A DNA stretch of 64,000 bases from Candidatus Sungiibacteriota bacterium (GTDB lineage: Bacteria > Patescibacteriota > Minisyncoccia > Sungbacterales > JACQCQ01). The translations under genes were made by a program, and so were the position numbers. The stretch spans positions 1,991 to 65,990 of the forward strand of contig JACQCQ010000009.1 of assembly GCA_016201505.1 (NCBI GenBank), read 5' to 3'. Each line of letters opens with the position of its first letter. Within the stretch, counting starts at the first letter, position 1. This document shows positions 18,036 to 27,544 of the stretch, one piece after another. The notes beneath the pieces were generated by a model. The model made no database searches, had not been told where the DNA came from, and worked only from the letters and a program-made list of their open reading frames with translations.

Positions 18036-18075
18036 GCTCAAAGAAAGTTCGCGCAAAGTGTATAATTACAGCATT
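18036..18075 (+). promoter_or_regulatory. Candidate promoter for hicBA (extended -10 TGTATAAT), within a block repeated at 205-250
   Basis: gtttcgctcaaagaaagttcgcgcaaagtgtataattacagc lies ~40 nt upstream of the hicB ATG. Confidence 0.35.
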
Positions 18076-18112
18076 GTACGATATTCTTTGATTATGTTAG
18101 AGTGCCCTTGTT

Positions 18113-18355
18113 ATGAAGAAATCAGGAGGCAAAAAGTTATCGAAATTTAGTATTGATCTGGATCGTGAGGAAGATGGACGATGGATTGCAGAAGTTCCCA
18201 AAGTTCCCGGTGCTATGGCATATGGCAATACGAAGCAAGAGGCGGTCCGAAGGGCATATGCCATTGCTTTACGAACACTTGCAGATAGCATAGAACAAGG
18301 CCATACACCCGTGATCGTTTCTCGCTTACTTGAACATGCAATGGCACGCCGTTAA
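18113..18355 (+). CDS. hicB: HicB-family antitoxin (UPF0150)
   Basis: EDGRWIAEVPKVPGAMAYGNTKQEAVRRAYAIAL matches the HicB N-domain pattern. Confidence 0.7.
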   Translation: MKKSGGKKLSKFSIDLDREEDGRWIAEVPKVPGAMAYGNTKQEAVRRAYAIALRTLADSIEQGHTPVIVSRLLEHAMARR

Positions 18356-18545
18356 AGCGCGGGAGGTTCTTAAGGCATTGCTGGATTCCGGGTGGCGGAT
18401 CAAAAGACAAAAAGGGTCGCATAGAATTCTTAGTAAAGTTGGTTACACCAATTTCACTTTTGCTTTCCATGATCGAGAAGAAATCGGTCCCCGAATGCTT
18501 GCTCGAATTGCGAAGTATACCGATATAACTCCGGACGTGTTTTGA
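18330..18545 (+). CDS. hicA: HicA-family mRNA-interferase toxin
   Basis: LDSGWRIKRQKGSHRIL (the KGSH motif of HicA/YcfA). Overlaps hicB by 26 nt. Confidence 0.7.
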   Translation: MNMQWHAVKAREVLKALLDSGWRIKRQKGSHRILSKVGYTNFTFAFHDREEIGPRMLARIAKYTDITPDVF

Positions 18546-18731
18546 CTCTCAAACGTAATATAGGTGAGATGGGGGTAGCGTCCACGAAGGTGAGGCTCGA
18601 TTCCTCACGGGGGCGCCACCAAGAAAAAATACACCCTGGGGTGTATTTTTTCTTTGCGGTTGCATTTTTTAAATATTTGAGGTACACCAGTAACCAAGCC
18701 GAGGATAGAACAGGAAAACAGGAGGAGGCCG

Positions 18732-19304
18732 ATGGCCAAAAAAGGCTACGTGACGTTCCCGAAGAAGAAACGTAACAGTAAGTCGAGAGAACCTCTCTCG
18801 AGGGCGGTCGCTGCTGTGTTGGATCCGATTCTCGTCGAGGCTCGTTCAGTCGATGAGGCGAAGTACCATGTCGTGCCGCTTGGGGCCGGTGATACGGCCG
18901 CGTCGCTGGCGCTCGCATATAAGGTCGCACTCGAGGCTTCCCGAGCCACTGGCGTCGTCCTTGAGGCCGCGAAAGCCAAACTTTTCGCGGCCTTTGTCCA
19001 GAAGGGATGGAAAGAGTTCCCGGTCTCACCAGGGGTGGCCTTCAAGGTAACGACTCCCGATGTGGTCTACGTGGATACCGAAGAGCTCCCGCATCTCGGC
19101 GAGCCGATGCACATCGCGCTCACTCGTTCTGCTCGTGTTATTGATCTCGAGAAGGTCGCAAGAGCACTCGTCGAGAAGGACTCACGGGTGACGCATTTGA
19201 CGTCGGGGCAACGGGAGCAACTCATTGTCGTCGAGTGTAAGATGCAAGTCAGCGGGGGTGGCGACAAGGAGTCGCCCCTTGAAGAGCTGGATGAGCTGGG
19301 ATAG
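18732..19304 (+). CDS. Hypothetical protein (GC-rich islet)
   Basis: SD AGGAGGAGG 6 nt upstream of the ATG; Ala/Val/Glu-rich GC-rich composition; followed by a strong terminator. Confidence 0.5.
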   Translation: MAKKGYVTFPKKKRNSKSREPLSRAVAAVLDPILVEARSVDEAKYHVVPLGAGDTAASLALAYKVALEASRATGVVLEAAKAKLFAAFVQKGWKEFPVSPGVAFKVTTPDVVYVDTEELPHLGEPMHIALTRSARVIDLEKVARALVEKDSRVTHLTSGQREQLIVVECKMQVSGGGDKESPLEELDELG

Positions 19305-19345
19305 TTCAGCTAGACCCCGCAGTCCCGCCGCCGGCGGGACTGCGG
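19305..19345 (+). terminator. Rho-independent terminator
   Basis: Perfect 14-bp inverted repeat cccgcagtcccgcc/ggcgggactgcggg followed by atatatttttt. Confidence 0.65.
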
Positions 19346-19406
19346 GATATATTTTTTAGGCGCACCCCGCGAGAAAATTTTCGCGTTCGATTTTTGATAA
19401 GCATAA

Positions 19407-21584
19407 TTGAGGTTTAATTTTCTCGCGGGGTATACTTTTTATATGTTGACAGCGGAAACGCCAATCGAAAAATTGCCGAAGGTAATTCCGGCACTCGCTA
19501 AACGGCTGCATCACCTGGGCATTAAAACCGTTCGCGACCTCTTATTTCATTTTCCCGCCCGCTATGATGATTTTACAAATGTAAAATCCATCGGCGATTT
19601 GACAATCGGCGAAATTGCGACCATTTCAGGCCGCATTAAAAAAATTTCATCAACCCGCGCCTGGCGCCGCCGTATGTCCATTACGGAGGCGATTGTCGAA
19701 GATGATTTAGATTCGATACGCGTCATTTGGTTTAATCAGCCCTACCTCGTCAAAACCTTGCCGGTTGGTTCGCGAGTGAGTCTGGCGGGAAAATTAACCA
19801 CATCCAAGCGCGGCGAATATTTTGCCAACCCAGCATATGAAAAAATCGGAATGTCAGACGGCCTGCGGCATACCGGCGGATGGGTGCCCATTTATCCCGA
19901 GACGACTGGGCTTACCTCGCGCTGGATTCGGTTTCTGATGCGTGAAGTCGCCCCCGTTATAAAAAAAATTCCCGATCCCTTGCCGTCGGCCTTGCTTAAA
20001 AAAAGCACCTTACTTCCGCTTGAGCGCGCGCTTAGTAAAATCCATTTTCCTGAATCAAAAGACGAGTACGAAGAAGCTCGCAAGCGCTTCGCCTTCGAGG
20101 ATATTTTATTGATTCAGCTGCGCGTGTTGATGTCCAAAAAACAACTGGAAGAAAAAAAAGCGCCGCCGATTCCTTTAGGCCTCGAAGAAATTAAAAAGTT
20201 TATCGCCTCTCTCCCGTTCTCCTTAACCGATGGCCAACGCCGGGCCGCCTGGGACATCATGCGGGACACGGCAAAATCGGTGCCCATGAACCGCCTGCTG
20301 GAAGGCGATGTCGGATCGGGAAAAACCGTTGTGGCCGCGCTCACCTCGTTTAATGCCATCAGGTCCGGCTACCAGGTGGCCTATCTCGCGCCAACCGAAA
20401 TCCTGGCCATCCAGCATTTTAATACCTTAAGGCACTGGCTCTCTCCGTTTGGCGTTTACGTGGGTCTCCTGACAGCGGCGCATAAAAAATTTATTTCAGA
20501 TTACGGCGAGAGAGACCGAGTAAGCATCAGGAGCATGACCGAGGCGGGCGAAATTCCTATGCTGATCGGAACCCAGGCGGTGATCCAAGACGGCGTCAAA
20601 TTTAAAAACTTGGGTCTCGTGATTGTTGACGAACAGCACCGCTTCGGGGTCGCACAACGCGCCAAGCTGCTTCGGCAAAAGCAAACAGGCAATAGCCAAG
20701 AGGACTATTCCCCATCCCTCATCCCCCATTTTCTCTCCATGACGGCAACGCCCATCCCGCGAACTCTCGCGCTTACCATTTACGGCGATCTCGATGTTTC
20801 AATTTTAAATCAAGTCCCTCAAGGACGAAAGCCGATTGTGACCAAAATTGTGCCGGAAGAGAAAAGAAGCGCCTGCTATCAATTCATCCGAGACGAGGTG
20901 CATCGCGGCCGCCAAGTTTTTGTTATTTGTCCCAGAATTGAATTAAACGAGGAAATGGGAAATGGGAAATGGGAAATGGGAAATGTTTTGCGAGAAGAGG
21001 TGAAAGCCGTCAAAACCGAGTATGAAAAATTATCAAAACAAATTTTCCCTGACTTAAAAGTCGCCATGCTCCACGGCAAAATGAAATCAAAAGAGAAAGA
21101 AAATGTTATGCGCGATTTTAAAGAGGGAAAATCGGATGTCTTGATTTCAACTTCAGTGATTGAAGTTGGTGTCGATGTGCCGAATGCCACGATTATGTTA
21201 ATTGACGGAGCGGAAAAATTCGGGCTGGCGCAAATTCATCAGTTCCGCGGCCGGGTGGGCAGAGCCTCGCATCAGTCGTATTGTTTTTTAATGACCGGCT
21301 CAAGGGCCGCAGCAGAATCACAACGCTTAAAAGCCTTGGTTACTGCCAAAAATGGATTTGAACTGGCCGAAAAAGATCTCGCCATCCGCGGCCCCGGAGA
21401 TTTTTTGGGCACGCGCCAATCCGGCATCCCGCCCTTTGCTTATAAAAGTTTTAATGATCTGGAACTGGTTCAATCATCTCGCGATGCGGCGCGGGAGATT
21501 ATCGAGAAAGATCCGAAACTGGAGAGGCACGTCGCGCTGCAGAAAAATCTGGTGAAATTTGAAGAGACCGTGCACTTTGAATAA
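19407..21584 (+). CDS. recG: ATP-dependent DNA helicase RecG
   Basis: TDGQRRA, GDVGSGKT (Walker A), DEQHRFGV (DEQH), helicase C motifs (QFRGRVGR). Possible later start at 19443. Confidence 0.85.
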   Translation: MRFNFLAGYTFYMLTAETPIEKLPKVIPALAKRLHHLGIKTVRDLLFHFPARYDDFTNVKSIGDLTIGEIATISGRIKKISSTRAWRRRMSITEAIVEDDLDSIRVIWFNQPYLVKTLPVGSRVSLAGKLTTSKRGEYFANPAYEKIGMSDGLRHTGGWVPIYPETTGLTSRWIRFLMREVAPVIKKIPDPLPSALLKKSTLLPLERALSKIHFPESKDEYEEARKRFAFEDILLIQLRVLMSKKQLEEKKAPPIPLGLEEIKKFIASLPFSLTDGQRRAAWDIMRDTAKSVPMNRLLEGDVGSGKTVVAALTSFNAIRSGYQVAYLAPTEILAIQHFNTLRHWLSPFGVYVGLLTAAHKKFISDYGERDRVSIRSMTEAGEIPMLIGTQAVIQDGVKFKNLGLVIVDEQHRFGVAQRAKLLRQKQTGNSQEDYSPSLIPHFLSMTATPIPRTLALTIYGDLDVSILNQVPQGRKPIVTKIVPEEKRSACYQFIRDEVHRGRQVFVICPRIELNEEMGNGKWEMGNVLREEVKAVKTEYEKLSKQIFPDLKVAMLHGKMKSKEKENVMRDFKEGKSDVLISTSVIEVGVDVPNATIMLIDGAEKFGLAQIHQFRGRVGRASHQSYCFLMTGSRAAAESQRLKALVTAKNGFELAEKDLAIRGPGDFLGTRQSGIPPFAYKSFNDLELVQSSRDAAREIIEKDPKLERHVALQKNLVKFEETVHFE
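20951..20978 (+). repeat. (GGAAATG)x4 heptanucleotide tandem repeat inside recG
   Basis: ggaaatgggaaatgggaaatgggaaatg encodes ..EEMGNGKWEMGN.. in a loop of the helicase C-domain. Confidence 0.8.
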
Positions 21585-21594
21585 TGAGGTTTTA

Positions 21595-23187
21595 TCAAAT
21601 AGTGGCAGGCGTTTCTGTCCGCGACAATCTAACTTTTGGTGTCACCCAAAACCCCATGTAGCGCCCCAGCATGAGCCGCGTTTCGGCATCAATTCCCGGG
21701 ATTGAACCAAACACAATGAGCGTTATCGGAATCAAAACCCACTGAAGCGCAATCCAGAGATAGTGACGCGGGGAGCGATGCGCGGGCCGCGGCGGCAGAA
21801 GTTTTAATGAATATATGGCAGAAGTTATCATGCCGATGGAGGCAAGCGTCATGAGATAGCGCGTAATCCGCGGCAGGTTGTAGGCCAGCACCGAGACTTC
21901 AAATTTGTGCCCGCCGATTACAATCGGCAGCCAGCCGAGCAAAAAAATCATCAGCGCGTTTGTGCCGATTGACCAGAAGCCCTCGATTTGATTAAAACCA
22001 AAGAACAATTTTTTGGAGAATGGAATTTTTTTGTTTTTTACGAAACCGAATAAAAGATAAGGCACGTTTTCCACTCCCCAAATCCAGCGGCGCTGCTGGC
22101 GGTAGACATTTTTGACGGTCTCATATGTTGTTGGTGCCAGATTCGCGTCCATCGAAACGGGATAATACAACGGGACGACTTCATAGTTGCCGTCATAATA
22201 CATAAGCGCTTGCCAGAAGATGCGCGAGTCCTCCGAGACCATATTGGTGTGCCAATAATTCATTTCGGCGAGGGGTGAGAGCGGAATCGAGTGCGAGGAA
22301 AACGTGGCCAGGCGCTCCGGCCGGGCTTGTTGCATCATCTGCCAAAACGTGCCGGATGTGGCGACAACTCGCGAAAAGGCCGACGCGTCCCAGACGTTGT
22401 TGTTGTAGACCGGAATCGGCTGGAATGACGAGTAGAGAGGTTTTCGAGCCGTGATATATGAATACGTGAGTATGCCGAAATATTCCGGGTAGACTTCGGT
22501 ATCAACATCAAATGAGGAAACCAGGACGTGCTGATAAGGGATATGATTTCTATCGATCAGTTCGGGTATGGCGGTTTTGGCCGCATATGATTCGTTTGAA
22601 CCCTTGCCGGGAATCTCACCGGCCAGGTTCGCCGGATGCTTTGTAACGAGAATTGAGCCAAAGTGCTTGGAAAATTCATTTTTGGCGCGGATGGCATCGG
22701 CTTCCGCCTCCTGCCCGGCCCGCTCCTCGGCCGCGAGAACTATAAAAAAGTTCTCCAGCGGATAATTTGATTTTACTATTGCGTCCAGCCCGCCCTTTAA
22801 AACTTCATAGGGTTCTTTATAGAAGGGAATGATGATAAGCTGTTTGATTTCGCGCCAGTCCGAAACCTGAAGTTCAGCCGCGTATTGACGGGGTACAAGC
22901 GCATCTAATTTTTCCCTCCAATTAATTTTTAGGTTCTTCTGCATTTCGTTAAATGAGTGACGCAGATGGAGCGAGAGAAAAATAGTTTTGAGTAGCCAAT
23001 AAATGTCAAAGGCAATGATGAAAAAGCTGGCGCCAATCGGGAAAAAGTATGAGGCGAGCACAGTGCCCGCAAGTGTCGCCCACATTAAAACCCCGGGCAA
23101 GATTTCAAAAAACCGGAATAGGGCGTAGTCGCCCGGTTTTTCAAAATCCGGCGCGTGAGCCGCTTTGAGATACCACTTTTCTTCCAT
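21595..23187 (-). CDS. Membrane-bound family-2 glycosyltransferase (processive, cellulose/chitin-synthase-like)
   Basis: Q(Q/R)xRW motif (YRQQRRWIWG), D-containing motifs (SSFDVDTE), multiple TM helices. Confidence 0.65.
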   Translation of the reverse strand: MEEKWYLKAAHAPDFEKPGDYALFRFFEILPGVLMWATLAGTVLASYFFPIGASFFIIAFDIYWLLKTIFLSLHLRHSFNEMQKNLKINWREKLDALVPRQYAAELQVSDWREIKQLIIIPFYKEPYEVLKGGLDAIVKSNYPLENFFIVLAAEERAGQEAEADAIRAKNEFSKHFGSILVTKHPANLAGEIPGKGSNESYAAKTAIPELIDRNHIPYQHVLVSSFDVDTEVYPEYFGILTYSYITARKPLYSSFQPIPVYNNNVWDASAFSRVVATSGTFWQMMQQARPERLATFSSHSIPLSPLAEMNYWHTNMVSEDSRIFWQALMYYDGNYEVVPLYYPVSMDANLAPTTYETVKNVYRQQRRWIWGVENVPYLLFGFVKNKKIPFSKKLFFGFNQIEGFWSIGTNALMIFLLGWLPIVIGGHKFEVSVLAYNLPRITRYLMTLASIGMITSAIYSLKLLPPRPAHRSPRHYLWIALQWVLIPITLIVFGSIPGIDAETRLMLGRYMGFWVTPKVRLSRTETPATI

Positions 23188-23188
23188 G

Positions 23189-23260
23189 TGCGCGCGCTAG
23201 GATTCGAACCTAGGACCCACTGTGTATAAGACAGTTGCTCTACCGCTGAGCTACGCGCGC
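23189..23260 (-). tRNA. tRNA with anticodon TAT (tRNA-Ile UAU), no encoded CCA
   Basis: RC reads gcgcgcgtagctcagcggtagagca-actgt-cTTATac-acagt-gggtc-ctaggttcgaatcctag-cgcgcgc-a, a regular cloverleaf. Confidence 0.6.
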
Positions 23261-23352
23261 CAATCAAGAATCAAGAATGATGAATTATGGATACTATAAA
23301 GCCAGCGGGCCGTCTACCCATGATGCTTGATTCTGTATCCTCGATTCTTTTC

Positions 23353-25176
23353 CTAGGCGCGAGCCGCGACTAACGTATTAAACTCATCCTGTTCGATGGT
23401 TTCTGTTTCAATCAAGCGCCTGGCAATTTTATCGAGGATGGATCGGCGTTTTACAATAATATCTTTGGCGCGCTTTAAGGCTTTGCCTAAGAGGTTTTTT
23501 ACTTCGCTATCAATCAGTTCCGCCGTGGCTTCCGAATAATTTTTCGGACTCGATATGTCTTTACCCAAGAAGGTAAGCTCGGGCGCATCAGTAAATGAAA
23601 GCGGCCCCAACTTCTCCGACATGCCGTATTTGGTGACCAAGGCACGGGCTAAATCGGTTGCTTTCTGAAGATCACTATGAGGTCCGGTGGTTAATTCTTT
23701 AAAAACTAAAAGTTCGGCCGCATACCCGCCTAAGTCCACCGCTAACTCATCCAAGAAATGCGGCCGCGAGAAGAGATGCCGATCTTCGCTCGGCAATTTT
23801 AAGGTGTATCCCGCGGCGCGGCCGCGGGCGACAATCGAGACTTTGTGCACCGGATCGGCGTTCGGCAGTGAAGCGGCAACCAGCGCATGTCCGGCTTCGT
23901 GATAGGCCGAGATTTCTTTTTCTTTTTCTGAAAGCAAATGACTTTTTCGTTCTGGGCCGAGCAAGACTTTTTCAATCGATGAAATTAAATCCAGTTGGGC
24001 GATGACGGTACGATTGGCGCGGGCCGCTAAAATCGCGGCTTCATTGACCAAGTTTGAAAGATCGGCCCCCGCAAATCCGGGTGTCCTCTCGGCAATTTTT
24101 CGTAACGCCACATCCGGCGCCAATTTTTTGTTTTTAGCGTGAATGGCTAAAATTTCTTCGCGATCATTAATATCCGGAAGATCGAGGATGACGCGCCGAT
24201 CGAACCGGCCCGGCCGCAAAAGCGCAGGATCCAAAACATCCGGCCGGTTGGTCGCTGCCATTACGATCACGGATTCATTGGTTTCAAATCCATCCATTTC
24301 GACTAGAATCTGATTTAAGGTTTGTTCTCTTTCATCATGTCCCCCGCCGACGCCGGTGCCGCGATGTCGTCCGACGGCGTCAATCTCATCAACGAAGATA
24401 ATCGAAGGGGCTGATTTTTTGGCGAGTTTAAACAAATCGCGAACGCGCGCGGCACCCACGCCGACAAACATCTCGACAAACTCGGATCCGGAAAGATGGA
24501 AAAAAGGCACGCCGGCCTCTCCGGCCACCGCGCGGGCCAGCAAGGTCTTCCCCGTTCCGGGCGCACCCATTAAAAGGACGCCTCGCGGAATCCGCGCGCC
24601 AATATCAAAAAACTTTTTGGGACTCTTCAAAAAGTCAACGATCTCAACTAATTCTTCTTTGGCTTCTTTGGCCCCCGCGACATCCTTAAACATGACGCGT
24701 TCTTTGGCATCATCCGGCGAAATGACGCGGGCTCTCGTTTGGCCGAATGAGAAGGCTTGCATGCCGCCTTGTTTTAATTGGCGCGCCGAAAACCAGATGA
24801 AAAAGGCGATTAAGAGCACCGGGCCGGCAATCGGGATGATGACCGAAAGCCAGAGCGAAAGTGTGCTTGCGCCTTTTACATCCAGCTGAATTTGGCCAAG
24901 CTTCTCCGGGTTGACACTGTAATTTTTCAAAGTTTCGGTGAATCCGGCCTCTGACTCTTTCCGGGAAACTTCAACCGAGCCGTCTTTTTTGGTCGCCTCA
25001 ATATCATTGTCCTGGACGACAATTTTCTGAATCTCCCCGCCGTTAATCTGCTGAACCAATTGCGAAAGCGAGACCTCCGGTTTTGGTTTAAAAGGATTGG
25101 CAAGCAATGCATACAGACCCGATAAAATCATCAGGATCAGCAAGGCGTAGACAAATTGTTTGGAGAATTGTTTCAT
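23353..25176 (-). CDS. ftsH: ATP-dependent zinc metalloprotease FtsH
   Basis: AAA motifs GAPGTGKT and IIFVDEIDA, the SRH region, and HEAGHAL zinc site. Confidence 0.9.
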   Translation of the reverse strand: MKQFSKQFVYALLILMILSGLYALLANPFKPKPEVSLSQLVQQINGGEIQKIVVQDNDIEATKKDGSVEVSRKESEAGFTETLKNYSVNPEKLGQIQLDVKGASTLSLWLSVIIPIAGPVLLIAFFIWFSARQLKQGGMQAFSFGQTRARVISPDDAKERVMFKDVAGAKEAKEELVEIVDFLKSPKKFFDIGARIPRGVLLMGAPGTGKTLLARAVAGEAGVPFFHLSGSEFVEMFVGVGAARVRDLFKLAKKSAPSIIFVDEIDAVGRHRGTGVGGGHDEREQTLNQILVEMDGFETNESVIVMAATNRPDVLDPALLRPGRFDRRVILDLPDINDREEILAIHAKNKKLAPDVALRKIAERTPGFAGADLSNLVNEAAILAARANRTVIAQLDLISSIEKVLLGPERKSHLLSEKEKEISAYHEAGHALVAASLPNADPVHKVSIVARGRAAGYTLKLPSEDRHLFSRPHFLDELAVDLGGYAAELLVFKELTTGPHSDLQKATDLARALVTKYGMSEKLGPLSFTDAPELTFLGKDISSPKNYSEATAELIDSEVKNLLGKALKRAKDIIVKRRSILDKIARRLIETETIEQDEFNTLVAARA

Positions 25177-25234
25177 TTTTATTTTTAATCCACCGCTCCC
25201 CTTTCCCCATTTCCCATTCTCTATTCCCTATTTC

Positions 25235-26425
25235 CTATTCTGCGGTTGCCTCAAGACGAGACGCCGTCGTTTCATCTACGGGGGCAGCTGCCTCCGCTGC
25301 TTTTGGCGCGAGAAAGCCCTCAAGCGCCAGCGAAAGCCGATGTTCCGGGATATCAATCGAGACGATTTTGAAGTCGTAGGTTTTGCCAAGCTCCAAGACT
25401 TCGCGCATTTTGGTGCGTGTCCCGAATTCGGAGATGTGGGCCAGTCCCTGGATCGTCTCGTCAATCTGGACAAATGCGCCGTAGGGATTAAATTTGGTCA
25501 CTTTGCCTGAAATAATTTCACCCTTTTTATACTTCTCACCGGCGGCAATCCAAGGGTCAGGTGTTAGGGCTTTCAATGATAACGAAATTTTATCGCCCTC
25601 GATATCAATAATTTTAGCCTGCTTTTTCTCGCCGACTTTCAGCACCGCTTTCGGGTCTTCAATCAGCTGCCAGTCAATTTCCGAGATATGAATCAGACCC
25701 TCAAGCCCGTCGTCAAATTTCATGAAGGCGCCGAAGTTAACCACACCGGTAATTTCACCCTCGACCGTGTCGCCTTTGGCATATTTTGCAAGTTTCTCTT
25801 TCATTTCAGCCGAATCACTATCACGTTCGGAGAAAATCAGTTTATTTTCATACGGATTTACATCCAAAATTTTCACTTTCAACTCTTGGTTCATAAATTT
25901 CTGCAGTTCGGCAAGGATGCGCTCTTTGTCGCCGTTTTCGACTCTCGGGTAGTGCTTTAAGGCAAGCTGTGAGACGGGCAAAAATCCGCGCACGCCGTGA
26001 AGCTCTAAAATCAGTCCGCCGCGGTTAGCTTCTTTCACCGGAAGTGATAAAACTTCGCCCGCTTGCATCTTGTCTTTTAAGTCACGCCAGGACTTTTCGC
26101 GCCCGGCTTCTTTTAAGGAAAGTTCAACGTAGCCCTCGTCATTATCCAGTTCGACGACTTTCGCCGTAACCAGGCTGTCGGGCTCGATATTCTTGATGAT
26201 GTCTTGGGCTTCATAATATTCGCGGCCGTAGATAATGCCCGTGCCGCGAACGCCAAGATCGATAAAGAGTTTGGCACCTTTTTTCTCGATGGCCGTGCCC
26301 TCGACAATCTCGCCGACTTTCGGCACGTTTAAAAAGTCACCGCGTGACTTGAGCATATTCTCCATCGGATGACGGATGGCGCTCGCCACCGCCGTCTTCC
26401 CATCTTCGGCTGTTTCGTCGTTCAT
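25235..26425 (-). CDS. rpsA: 30S ribosomal protein S1 (short four-S1-domain form)
   Basis: Repeated S1-domain pattern (GxVxGxVxxIxxFGAFV...) four times. Confidence 0.8.
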   Translation of the reverse strand: MNDETAEDGKTAVASAIRHPMENMLKSRGDFLNVPKVGEIVEGTAIEKKGAKLFIDLGVRGTGIIYGREYYEAQDIIKNIEPDSLVTAKVVELDNDEGYVELSLKEAGREKSWRDLKDKMQAGEVLSLPVKEANRGGLILELHGVRGFLPVSQLALKHYPRVENGDKERILAELQKFMNQELKVKILDVNPYENKLIFSERDSDSAEMKEKLAKYAKGDTVEGEITGVVNFGAFMKFDDGLEGLIHISEIDWQLIEDPKAVLKVGEKKQAKIIDIEGDKISLSLKALTPDPWIAAGEKYKKGEIISGKVTKFNPYGAFVQIDETIQGLAHISEFGTRTKMREVLELGKTYDFKIVSIDIPEHRLSLALEGFLAPKAAEAAAPVDETTASRLEATAE

Positions 26426-26431
26426 CTGGTT

Positions 26432-26505
26432 GACTGCTGGCTACGATCTACAGACTACGGCGTGAGTTGCAGTAGTCGGTAGTCAGTTTGCTGTAGACCG
26501 TACTA
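26432..26505. repeat. Leader-repeat family copy immediately upstream of the rpsA start
   Basis: ctacgatctacagactacggcgtgagttgcagtagtcggtagtcagtttgctgtagaccg. Confidence 0.5.
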
Positions 26506-26871
26506 CTATATGGAATAGACGCCTTCATGTAAAGTCTCTGGCGCACCATTTTTCTTCACGCCTCCATTTTTTAAGCTCGCCTGCGGCGAGCTTCTAAAGA
26601 TCCCACCGCCAGCCCGATGAAGAAAAATGGCGCGCTTGGATGAGGGCCTACCGAAAGTAGCGCTTCACGCTTTGCTGGACTTTCAGAGAGAATCGGATAA
26701 AAAATGCTGGTAGTGAAAATTATGCCTATTACAGTGACAGATGGACCGACCAGTTCATAACTTTTTTGTCAGTCAATTTCGACCTTTTCAGCTCTTCAAA
26801 AACGGCTCAAAAAATGCTAAAATACTTGAGTTATCATTGAAAATTTAGCCTTTATCCTTCAGCCTTTCCGT

Positions 26872-27537
26872 ATGGTTATCTCCTGGTACGGCCAGTCTTC
26901 GTTTAAGATTCAATCCGGGGAGCTCGTGATTGCGACCGACCCCTATCATAAAGAAATTGGACTTACTCCGCCTCGCTTCAAGGCGGATATTGTTGTCGTA
27001 ACCCACGAGCATCCGGACCACAACAATATAGAAACGATACCCCAGGCCGGCGAGGCGGAGGGCGCATTTATCGTAAGAGGCCCCGGCGACTACGAAATCA
27101 AGGGAGTGACCATCACCGGCATTGAGACCTTCCATGATAAGGTGAGTGGGAAAGAACGCGGAGCCAATACCGCCTATATCATTGAGTTAGAAAATATTCG
27201 GCTCTTGCATCTAGGAGACTTCGGCGAGGCCAAGCTGCGGCCGGAGACAATTGATGCCCTCGGTGAAATCGATATTCTCTTGGTGCCGGTTGGCGGGACA
27301 TATACCATTGACGCTGAAGAAGCGGCAGAAATCGCCTCTCAAGTCGAACCAAAAGTTGTCATTCCGATGCACTATAAAATTCCCGGGCTTAAAGTAAATT
27401 TGGCGCCCGTGGATACATTTTTAAAAGAAATGGGGGCGAAGTCAGCCGAAGTCGAAGATCGGCTCACGATCAAAAAGAAAGATCTGGCCGAAGATGAGAG
27501 CGCAAAAGTCGTTGTCTTAAAACCAGTCAATTCATAA
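26872..27537 (+). CDS. MBL-fold metallo-hydrolase
   Basis: HEHPDH metal-binding motif plus downstream HLGDFG/His ligands. Confidence 0.75.
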   Translation: MVISWYGQSSFKIQSGELVIATDPYHKEIGLTPPRFKADIVVVTHEHPDHNNIETIPQAGEAEGAFIVRGPGDYEIKGVTITGIETFHDKVSGKERGANTAYIIELENIRLLHLGDFGEAKLRPETIDALGEIDILLVPVGGTYTIDAEEAAEIASQVEPKVVIPMHYKIPGLKVNLAPVDTFLKEMGAKSAEVEDRLTIKKKDLAEDESAKVVVLKPVNS

Positions 27538-27544
27538 CCCGGGC

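Noticed and set aside
18454-19029. 191-aa minus-strand Arg/Pro-rich ORF
   Set aside because: Antisense to hicA and the GC-rich plus-strand gene; composition typical of a spurious GC-rich frame.
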